Under the pieces are notes generated by a model. It had not been told where the DNA came from. It ran no database searches and saw nothing but the letters and a program-made list of their open reading frames with translations. Position numbers and translations under genes: made by a program. This document shows, piece by piece, positions 56,773-64,000 of a stretch of DNA of 64,000 nucleotides (positions within the stretch are counted from its first letter, which is position 1; the number at the start of each line of letters is the position of its first letter). Source of the DNA: Chloroflexota bacterium (GTDB lineage Bacteria > Chloroflexota > Limnocylindria > Limnocylindrales > CSP1-4); assembly GCA_026004015.1 (NCBI GenBank), contig BPIH01000002.1, positions 77,418 to 141,417 of the forward strand. Direction: 5' to 3'.

Positions 56773-57774
56773 TCAGGTCCGGGAGCGGGCCGGTCCACCC
56801 GGTGGGTCGACGAGGACCTTGTGGGGGACGAGGCGCGGCCCCTCCCACTCGGCGATGGCGACGAGGCCGTCGGGCCCGATGAGGCGGACCGGTCCGGTCC
56901 GGGGCCCGGGCGGGAGCGACGTCCGGGCGAGGGGCCGGACGAACTGACCCCGGGCGACGGCGGCGACCTCGGCCGGCGTGAGCGGGATCGGCGGCATCGC
57001 CTCGAGACCGGCGTCGAGGGGGAGGAGGAGGTCCCGGAGGCCCTCGGGGCCGCCGGCCGCGGCCGAGCGGATGGCGTCGAGGTCGTGCGCCATCTCCAGG
57101 CTGAAGGCGCCGCTTCCGGTTCGGGTCAGGGCCCCGAGATAGGCGGCGCTGCCGACGGCCCGCCCCAGGTCACGGGCGAGGGCCCGGACGTACATCCCCG
57201 CCGAGCAGAGGACGTCGAGGACGGCGATGGGACGGGCGGGATCGCTGGCGTCCCAGTCGACGAGCTCGAGGAGGTCGATCCGGACCGGCCTCGGTTCGAG
57301 GGCCGGCTCGCCGCCTCGCCGGGCCACGGCGTAGGCTCGCCGCCCGCCGACCTTGACGGCACTGTACGTTGGCGGCACCTGGAGGATGGGGCCCCGGAAC
57401 TGGTCGAGGGCGGCCTCGACGGCCGCCCGATCCGGCGGCGGCCCCTCGGCCGGCGTCAGCTCGCCTTCGAGGTCGTCCGTCGCCGAGCTCGCCCCGAAGC
57501 AGACCGTCGCCCGGTAGCGCTTCGGGGCCTTCAGGTGGTACTCGGCGAGGCGGGTCGCCTTGCCGAGGAAGAGGACGAGGACGCCGGTGGCGAAGGGGTC
57601 GAGGGTGCCGCCGTGGCCGACCCGACGGGTCGCCGCGAGGCGGCGGACGAGGGCGACGATGTCGTGGGAGGTCGGCCCGGCTGGCTTGTCGACGACGAGG
57701 ATGCCGTCGAGGCCGGCGGATCTCCGGCGGCGGGCCTCCTCGGGGCTCGACCGAGTCGTCGACGGGGTCGTCAT
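56773..57774 (-). CDS. truB: tRNA pseudouridine(55) synthase TruB
   Basis: GILVVDKPAGPTSHD, HGGTLDPFATGVL and a PUA domain. Confidence 0.9.
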   Translation of the reverse strand: MTTPSTTRSSPEEARRRRSAGLDGILVVDKPAGPTSHDIVALVRRLAATRRVGHGGTLDPFATGVLVLFLGKATRLAEYHLKAPKRYRATVCFGASSATDDLEGELTPAEGPPPDRAAVEAALDQFRGPILQVPPTYSAVKVGGRRAYAVARRGGEPALEPRPVRIDLLELVDWDASDPARPIAVLDVLCSAGMYVRALARDLGRAVGSAAYLGALTRTGSGAFSLEMAHDLDAIRSAAAGGPEGLRDLLLPLDAGLEAMPPIPLTPAEVAAVARGQFVRPLARTSLPPGPRTGPVRLIGPDGLVAIAEWEGPRLVPHKVLVDPPGGPARSRT

Positions 57775-58799
57775 CGCCGGAGGGCTCCGACGAGGGCGGC
57801 GGCTTCGGCGAGGACCCGCTCCCGGGCGACGGCCAGAGGCGCCTCGATGGTCGCCCCGGCGGCCCGGGCGTGGCCGCCACCGCCGAAGCGCCCGGTGAGC
57901 ACCGTGGCGTCGACGCCGCCCGGCTTCGTCCGGACCGAGATCCGGGTCCGATCGCCCTGCTCCTTGAAGAGGATCGCCACCTCCGCCGTTTCCGACTGGC
58001 TCAGGAGGTCGACGAGGCCCTCGGAGTGGGCCGGGTTCGCCCCGGTGGCGACGAGATCGGCGGCGGTGAGGGTCGAGAAGATGATCCGCCCGTCGGCGGC
58101 CGTCTCGAGGCGGTCGAGGACGCGCCCGAAGAGCCGGAGCTGGCTGTCGGGCTTCGTTCGATAGAGGCGTCGCGAGATCTCGGCCAGGGGCGCTCCGGCG
58201 GCGAGGAGGGCGGCCGCGACGGCGAGGGTCCGGGGCGTCGCGTTCGGGTGGGCGAAGGTGGCCGTGTCCATGACGATGCCGGCCAGGAGGGCCGTGGCGA
58301 GGTCGCCGCCGTCGAGGTCGAGGGGCGCGCCGAGGCGGACGGCGAGGAGGGCGACGAGCTCGCAGGTGGCTGCCGCCTCGGGGTCGACCCAGTCCGCCGG
58401 TCCTCGGGCCTCGTTCGTCGCGTGGTGGTCGAGGACGAGCCGCGGCAGGGCCTCGATCCGCTCCCGATGGCGCTCGAGGAGGGGCCCGATCCGGTCGAGG
58501 GCGCCGCAGTCGGAGAGGACGAGGAGGTCGTAGTCGAGGTCCGGGTCAGGCTCGGTCCGGAAGGCCTCGATCCCGGGCAGGAAGCGGTAGAGCTCGGGAA
58601 CCGGATCGGCGCAGACCGGCGTCGCCCGACCGCCGAGCCACGCCACGAGCCGGACGACGCCGAGGGTCGCCCCGAGGGTGTCGGCATCGGGGTGCTCGTG
58701 GCCGACGGCGAGAACCGTTCGCGACCGGCGGACGGCGGCCACCGTCGCCTCGGGCACGGCCTGGGCGAAGGCCTCGAGATCGATGGGCAGATCCGTCAC
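57771..58799 (-). CDS. nrnA: DHH/DHHA1 family phosphoesterase (NrnA-like oligoribonuclease / pAp phosphatase)
   Basis: GHEHPDADTLG, LDHH and GGGH motifs. Confidence 0.85.
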   Translation of the reverse strand: MTDLPIDLEAFAQAVPEATVAAVRRSRTVLAVGHEHPDADTLGATLGVVRLVAWLGGRATPVCADPVPELYRFLPGIEAFRTEPDPDLDYDLLVLSDCGALDRIGPLLERHRERIEALPRLVLDHHATNEARGPADWVDPEAAATCELVALLAVRLGAPLDLDGGDLATALLAGIVMDTATFAHPNATPRTLAVAAALLAAGAPLAEISRRLYRTKPDSQLRLFGRVLDRLETAADGRIIFSTLTAADLVATGANPAHSEGLVDLLSQSETAEVAILFKEQGDRTRISVRTKPGGVDATVLTGRFGGGGHARAAGATIEAPLAVARERVLAEAAALVGALRR

Positions 58800-59374
58800 C
58801 GCCGTCGCCTCCGGTGGGGTTCGGAGCTGCCCGCGGCCGGTCGAGGGCGACCCCGTGACCGTCGGTGCTCGATCGGCGGCCGCTTCCGAGACCCGGGGCG
58901 ACGGGCGGCTCCCCTCTGGCTCGCTGGCTCGCCCGCGGCCGCCTCGGGTGCCGGGGGCTCGGGTGCCGGTTCGGCTCGACGCGGCAGCGGCGTCGGGAGC
59001 GATTCGCCCTCCGGGAGGGGCTCCGGCTCGCGCCCCGCCTCGATGTCGGCGAGGAGTCGGAGGACGCGGGTCCCCCGCTCCGCCGATTCGTCGAGGCGGA
59101 CCTGGAGCTCGGGGATCCGCTTCAAGTGGAGGCGGTGACCGAGCTCCCTTCGAACGAAGACCATGGCCCGCTCGAGGGCGACGATGGTGGCCGACCGTTC
59201 GGCCTGCCCGCCGATGACGCTCACCCAGACCCGGGCGTGGCCGAGGTCGGGCGTCGTCTCGACCTCGGTGACCGTGGCGAAGCCGATCCGGGGATCGACG
59301 ATCTCCCGGGTCAACAGCTCCCCGATCGCCTCCCGGAGCAGCTCGTCGACCCGCCGCTGCCGCTGGGTCGGCAT
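58796..59374 (-). CDS. rbfA: Ribosome-binding factor A with a long Pro/Glu/Arg-rich C-terminal tail
   Basis: KH-like RbfA core (RVDELLREAIGELL...DPRIGFATVTEVETTPDLGHARVWVSV). Confidence 0.82.
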   Translation of the reverse strand: MPTQRQRRVDELLREAIGELLTREIVDPRIGFATVTEVETTPDLGHARVWVSVIGGQAERSATIVALERAMVFVRRELGHRLHLKRIPELQVRLDESAERGTRVLRLLADIEAGREPEPLPEGESLPTPLPRRAEPAPEPPAPEAAAGEPASQRGAARRPGSRKRPPIEHRRSRGRPRPAAGSSEPHRRRRR

Positions 59375-59432
59375 CAGCGACCTCCCCGCCTCGCCGTCGG
59401 GCGCCAGCCCCGGGAACTCCCGAGCCCCACGC

Positions 59433-61331
59433 CTAGCCCCGCCCGACGGTCTGGCTGGTCACGCACTCGATGATGTCGCCCTCGGCGACGTCGCCGAAGG
59501 AGGCGAGGCCGACACCGCACTCGAAGCCTGCGGCGACCTCGCGGACGTCGTCCCGGAAGCGACGGAGGGACTCGATCCGGTCGGTGGCGATGACCTTGCC
59601 GCCCCGCCAGATCCGGGCCCCGCCGCCCCGGACGAGCCGGCCCTCGGTCACGTAGCAGCCGGCGACGACGGTGCCCTTCCCGATCCGGAAGATCTGGCGA
59701 ACCTCGGCCCGGCCCTCGACGACCTCGACCACCTCGGGTTCGAGCATCCCCTTCAGGGCCTTCTCGATGTCGTCGGTCAGCTGGTAGATGATGTCGTAGA
59801 GGCGGACGTCAACCCCCGCCTCCTGGGCCGACCGGCGGGCGGTCTCGCTGATCCGGGTGTTGAAGCCGACGATGATCGCGTCCGAGGCTGCGGCGAGCAT
59901 GACGTCGTTGTCGGTGATCTCGCCGGCCGCCTCGTGAAGGATGTTGATCCGGACGTCGTCGGCGGGGAGCTGCTCGAGGGCGTGGCGGATCGCCTCGAGG
60001 GAGCCGGCGACGTCGGCCTTGACGATGAGCCGGAGCTCCTTCGCCTGGCCGGCCTGGAACTGCCGGTAGAGGTCCTCGAGGGTCGCCCGGGTCTGGGTCT
60101 CGCCGGTCCGGGCCGCCGCGGCGCGCCGCTCCTCGACGATGGCCCGGGCGGTCTTCTCGTCGGGCACGACCTGGAGGATGTCGCCGGCCTCGGGCACGTC
60201 AGCCAGGCCGAGGACGACGGCTGCCGTCGCCGGCCCCGCCTTCGGGATCCGCTTGCCGTTCGCGTTCTCGAGGGCCCGGACCCGGCCGAAGGTCTGACCG
60301 GCGACGACGATGTCGCCGACCCGGAGGGTCCCGGTCTGGACGATGACCGTCGCCACCGGACCGCGGCCCCGGTCGAGCTGGGCCTCGATGATCGTCCCGA
60401 CGGCCGGCCGCTTCGGGTTCGCCTTGAGCTCGGCGAGGTCGGCCACGAGGAGGACGACCTCGAGGAGGTCGTCGAGGCCCTGGCCGGTCTTGGCCGAGAC
60501 GGGCACGAGGGGGACGTCGCCGCCGTACTCCTCGATGACGACGCCGTGCTCGGACAGCTCGGTCTTCACCCGGTCGGGGTTGGCGTCGGGCTTGTCGATC
60601 TTGTTGAGGGCGATGACGATGGGCACCTTCGCCGCCCGGGCGTGGCTGATCGCCTCGACGGTCTGGGGCATGACGCCGTCGTCGGCGGCGACGACGATGA
60701 TGGCGATGTCGGTCACCTTCGCCCCCCGGGCCCGCATCGCCGTGAAGGCCTCGTGGCCGGGGGTGTCGAGGAAGACGATCCGGCGGCCGTCCTTGACGAC
60801 TTCCGAGGCGCCGATGTGCTGGGTGATGCCGCCCCGCTCGCCGGCCGCCACCGCCGTCTTCCGGATGGCGTCGAGGAGGCTCGTCTTGCCGTGGTCGACG
60901 TGCCCCATGACGGTCACGATGGGCGCGCGCGGCTGGAGGAGGCTGGGGTCGTCCTCCTCGAAGAGCAGCTCCCGGGCCGCCTCGGCCGGGGCGGGTTCGG
61001 TGCCGGCCTCGGCCGTTCCGTTGCCGCCGGCGGTCGTCGGCTCGGCGACCTCGAAGCCGAGCTCGGCCGCCACGAGGGCCGCCGTGTCGCGATCGATGAG
61101 CTGGTTGATGGTGGCGAAGATGCCGTTCTTGATGAGCTCGCGGATGACGTCGGCGACGTTCACCCCCAGCTGGCCGGCGAGGTCGGCGACGGTGATCGTC
61201 GCCGGCAGCTCGATGGGCCCCCGCTCCCGCGGTTCGGCGACCCCGACGGGCGCCCCACCGAAGGGCTGATCTCGGCGCTGGGGCTTGCGGGGCCCGCGCC
61301 GCCCGCGGGTGCCGCTCCTACTTCGTGCCAC
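59433..61331 (-). CDS. infB: Translation initiation factor IF-2
   Basis: Intact 632 aa with the G domain ([21 protein letters not shown]), the beta-barrel domains and C2. Confidence 0.92.
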   Translation of the reverse strand: MARSRSGTRGRRGPRKPQRRDQPFGGAPVGVAEPRERGPIELPATITVADLAGQLGVNVADVIRELIKNGIFATINQLIDRDTAALVAAELGFEVAEPTTAGGNGTAEAGTEPAPAEAARELLFEEDDPSLLQPRAPIVTVMGHVDHGKTSLLDAIRKTAVAAGERGGITQHIGASEVVKDGRRIVFLDTPGHEAFTAMRARGAKVTDIAIIVVAADDGVMPQTVEAISHARAAKVPIVIALNKIDKPDANPDRVKTELSEHGVVIEEYGGDVPLVPVSAKTGQGLDDLLEVVLLVADLAELKANPKRPAVGTIIEAQLDRGRGPVATVIVQTGTLRVGDIVVAGQTFGRVRALENANGKRIPKAGPATAAVVLGLADVPEAGDILQVVPDEKTARAIVEERRAAAARTGETQTRATLEDLYRQFQAGQAKELRLIVKADVAGSLEAIRHALEQLPADDVRINILHEAAGEITDNDVMLAAASDAIIVGFNTRISETARRSAQEAGVDVRLYDIIYQLTDDIEKALKGMLEPEVVEVVEGRAEVRQIFRIGKGTVVAGCYVTEGRLVRGGGARIWRGGKVIATDRIESLRRFRDDVREVAAGFECGVGLASFGDVAEGDIIECVTSQTVGRG

Positions 61332-61343
61332 GTGATCCTCCGT

Positions 61344-61682
61344 TCATCGGCTCAGATTCTCGTCGATTTCTCGTCGGTCGTCGCTCGGGGCCGTCGGTCC
61401 CGGGCCGCTCGCTGGACTGGCCGCCACGGCGGCCGCCAGGGCCTCGAAGACGGACGTCGGGATCGTCGTCCCGAGGGCGCGGGCGAGGCTGCCGCGCCGC
61501 TCCGCGAGGCGGAGGCACTCGGCCGTCGGGCAGAGGTACGCGCCCCGACCGCTCCGCTTCCCCGTCGGGTCGACCCCGATGGATCCGTCGGGGGCGCGGA
61601 CGACCCGGACGAGGGCGCGCTTCGGCCGGGCCGTGCGGCAGGCGACGCAGGTTCGGGTCGGGACGGGCCGGACCCGACCCAC
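61344..61682 (-). CDS. ylxR: YlxR/RnpM (DUF448) family protein
   Basis: RTCVACR...RGAYLCP motif. Sits in the conserved nusA-ylxR-infB position. Confidence 0.8.
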   Translation of the reverse strand: MGRVRPVPTRTCVACRTARPKRALVRVVRAPDGSIGVDPTGKRSGRGAYLCPTAECLRLAERRGSLARALGTTIPTSVFEALAAAVAASPASGPGPTAPSDDRREIDENLSR

Positions 61683-61693
61683 CGCTCCCCCGC

Positions 61694-62980
61694 CTACGAC
61701 GAGACCTCCCCGTCGACTGCGGCCGCCTTCCGCCGTGCGGTTCGGGGTCGCGGCGTCGGCGTCGGGGCGGGACCGGCGCCGGCCGGCGTGACGGCGGCCG
61801 CGGCGGGTGCCGGTTCGGGCTCGGGGTCACCGGTTGGGGTCGGCTCGGGCGCATCGCCGGCGTCGGCGGCGGCCGGTGCGGCACCCGGCTTCTCGGCGGC
61901 CGCCTTCCCCTTCCCTCCACCTTCGGGCGGGCTCGCGGCCGGCTCGGCGTGGCTGACGTCGCTCCGGATGTCGATCCGCCAGCCGGTCAGCCGGGCGGCG
62001 AGGCGGGCGTTCTGGCCTTCGCGCCCGATGGCGAGGGAGAGCATCCGCTCGGGGACGGTGACCGTCGCGATCCGGTGCTCCTGATCGATGTCGACGGACA
62101 GGACCTGGGCCGGCGAGAGGGCGTTGGCGACGAAGACCGCCGGGTCGTCCGACCAGGGGATGACGTCGATCTTCTCGCCGCCGAGCTCGGCGACGACGGC
62201 CTGCACGCGGGCTCCCCGCTGACCGACGGTCGCCCCGACCGGATCGAGACCCTCCTGGCGGCTGGCGACGGCGACCTTGCTCCGGCTACCGGGTTCCCGG
62301 GCGATGGCCTTGATCTCGACGGTGCCGGCGTGAATCTCCGGCACCTCGAGCTCGAAGAGGCGGCGGAGGAAGCCCTTGTGGGTCCGGGAGAGGTAGACCT
62401 GGGGGCCGCGCGGCGAACGGCGGACCTCGAGGACGTAGGCCTTCACCGTCTGGCCGATCCGGTAGTGCTCGATGGGCGACTGCTCGGTGGTGGCGAGGAT
62501 CCCCTCCACGTCGCGGCCGAGGTCGACGATGATCGCCCGCGGTTCGACCCGCTTGACGGTCCCGCTGATGAGCTCGCCCTCGCGGCTGGCGAAGGAGTCG
62601 TAGACGACGTCGCGCTCGGCCTCCCGGAGCCGCTGGAGGACGACCTGCTTTGCCGTCTGGGCGTGGATGCGGCCGAAGGATTCCTGGTCGAGCTGCTGGT
62701 ACTCGACGAGGTCGCCGATCTTGGCGTCGGGGTCGTAGCGGCGGGCCTCCTCGAGGGTGAACTGCGTCTGGGGGTCCTCGACGACCTCGACGACAAGCCG
62801 GGCCCGGAAGACCCGAATCTTGCCCGTCTCGGGGTCGATCCGGACGTGGATGTCCTCGTCGCCGTCGACCCGGCGATAGGCGGCCTGGATCGCCTCCTCG
62901 ACGGTTCGGAGGAGTTGTTCGCGGGGGAGTTGCTTCTCGGCGTTCAGCTGCAGGAGGGCGCCGATGAAATCTCGACTCAC
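61694..62980 (-). CDS. nusA: Transcription termination/antitermination factor NusA (with an Ala/Pro-rich C-terminal tail)
   Basis: GTG start with a GGGAGG RBS. Has the NTD, S1, KH1 and KH2 (GREGQNARLAARLTGWRIDI) domains. Confidence 0.9.
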   Translation of the reverse strand: MSRDFIGALLQLNAEKQLPREQLLRTVEEAIQAAYRRVDGDEDIHVRIDPETGKIRVFRARLVVEVVEDPQTQFTLEEARRYDPDAKIGDLVEYQQLDQESFGRIHAQTAKQVVLQRLREAERDVVYDSFASREGELISGTVKRVEPRAIIVDLGRDVEGILATTEQSPIEHYRIGQTVKAYVLEVRRSPRGPQVYLSRTHKGFLRRLFELEVPEIHAGTVEIKAIAREPGSRSKVAVASRQEGLDPVGATVGQRGARVQAVVAELGGEKIDVIPWSDDPAVFVANALSPAQVLSVDIDQEHRIATVTVPERMLSLAIGREGQNARLAARLTGWRIDIRSDVSHAEPAASPPEGGGKGKAAAEKPGAAPAAADAGDAPEPTPTGDPEPEPAPAAAAVTPAGAGPAPTPTPRPRTARRKAAAVDGEVSS

Positions 62981-63022
62981 GTTCGCGCCTCCCGACGATC
63001 AGTCCTTCGTTGGGGCCGACAT

Positions 63023-63046
63023 ACAAAAACGTGGGGGTCACCCACG
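63023..63046 (-). terminator. Intrinsic terminator hairpin (ACGTGGG-TGACC-CCCACGT then TTTTTGT) between ispG and nusA; it could instead be a nusA leader attenuator
   Basis: A 7-bp GC-rich stem followed by a T-tract on the transcribed (minus) strand, about 40 nt upstream of the nusA start. A TATACT -10-like hexamer lies just upstream of the hairpin. Confidence 0.6.
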
Positions 63047-63157
63047 TTCTGTGGCGGCCGTGTCCGTGCCGATGAGTATACACCGCTCCGCCGAGGCCGC
63101 CAACGGGACGGGTCGGCACCGTCCTCTCTGGGCGGCGGTCGCTGCCGACCGGCGCTA

Positions 63158-64000
63158 TCAGGACTTGCCGCCCCGACCCCCGAAGCGCGCCTCGACGTAC
63201 TCGTCGAGGAGGGCGAGGAACGCCTCCGTCAGGTCCGAGCCGCGGAGGGTGCGAACGAGGCGGCCCTCGACGTAGACCGGCGCCACCGGCTCCTCGAAGG
63301 TCCCGGGCAGGCTGATGCCGATGTCGGCGTGCTTCGATTCGCCCGGGCCGTTGACGACGCAGCCCATGACGGCCACCCGGAGCTCCTCGACGCCCGGATA
63401 GCGGTCGCGCCACTCCGGCATCTTCGCCCGCAGGTGGTCGGCGACCGAGCGGGCGAGCTCCTGGAAGAAGGTCGACGTCGTTCGGCCGCAGCCCGGGCAG
63501 GCCGACACCTGAGGGGCGAAGGAGCGCAGCCCCATGACCTGGAGGATGTGCTGGGCGACCTCGACCTCGCGCTCCCGGGGCGCGCCGGGATCGGGCGTGA
63601 GCGAGACCCGGATCGTGTCGCCGATCCCCTCGGCGAGGAGGATGGCGAGGCCGGCGGCGCTCGCCACGATGCCTCGATCGCCCATCCCGGCTTCGGTCAG
63701 ACCGAGGTGGAGCGGGTAGTCGCAGCGGGCGGCGAGGCGCCGGTAGACCTCGACGAGGTCGGGGACCGAGGAGACCTTGGCCGAGAGGACGATCCGGTCG
63801 TGGGGCAGACCGAGGGCCTCGGCGAGCTCGGCCGAGCGGAGGGCCGAGGCGACCATGGCCTCGATGGTCACCTCCCGGGCCGAACGGGGTTCCGGGGCAC
63901 GGGCGTTGGCATCCATGAGCTCGGTCAGGAGCTGCTGATCGAGGGAGCCCCAGTTGACGCCGATCCGGATCGGCTTCGCCGTGCTCGAGGGCGACCCGGA
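63158..64000 (-). CDS. ispG: 4-hydroxy-3-methylbut-2-en-1-yl diphosphate synthase IspG (gene continues beyond the window end)
   Basis: C-terminal Fe-S domain ([17 protein letters not shown]) and an upstream TIM-barrel portion. The frame stays open to 64000. Confidence 0.85.
   Translation of the reverse strand, partial: SGSPSSTAKPIRIGVNWGSLDQQLLTELMDANARAPEPRSAREVTIEAMVASALRSAELAEALGLPHDRIVLSAKVSSVPDLVEVYRRLAARCDYPLHLGLTEAGMGDRGIVASAAGLAILLAEGIGDTIRVSLTPDPGAPREREVEVAQHILQVMGLRSFAPQVSACPGCGRTTSTFFQELARSVADHLRAKMPEWRDRYPGVEELRVAVMGCVVNGPGESKHADIGISLPGTFEEPVAPVYVEGRLVRTLRGSDLTEAFLALLDEYVEARFGGRGGKS

Overview
A chromosomal window of about 75% GC from a Gram-positive-like bacterium (not Proteobacteria). 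It carries RNase Y, RNase J, a YmdB-type metallophosphoesterase, Rrf2 and YerC/TrpR-type regulators, and a histidine operon with a fused hisIE. A high-GC Actinomycetota lineage (Rubrobacteria/Thermoleophilia-like) or Chloroflexota fits best, though Actinomycetota mostly lack RNase Y. The content is mostly core housekeeping genes: mutS2, a class-A PBP, tyrS, the his operon, an EF-G paralog, yebC-ruvC-ruvA, rrf2-rppH, ruvB, tgt, recA-recX, rny-ymdB, miaB-miaA-hflX, murC, ftsK, rnj, udg, asd, pnp, rpsO, ribF, truB, nrnA, rbfA, infB, ylxR/rnpM, nusA and ispG. Many unmistakable conserved genes switch reading frame internally while their neighbours are intact. The sequence therefore almost certainly contains single-base indel errors, so all CDS boundaries here are approximate and the six-frame ORF track is unreliable in this GC range. 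Two features stand out. First, the polynucleotide phosphorylase gene carries an in-frame DnaQ-like DEDDh 3'-5' exonuclease domain between the first RNase PH domain and the helical domain. Second, a tandemly duplicated structured element of about 360 bp sits upstream of an EamA transporter gene. It holds exactly conserved DnaA-box-like motifs (TTGTCCAC and TTATCCAC on the complementary strand), a 9-nt inverted-repeat pair and covarying internal hairpins. It lies at the point where a long plus-strand gene array (19.7-37.5 kb) meets a long minus-strand array (37.6-64 kb), which suggests a terminus-like convergence zone. That zone also holds a 2.6-kb gene of atypical composition encoding an acidic, low-complexity, repeat-rich protein. 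No CRISPR array, rRNA, tRNA or mobile element was found.
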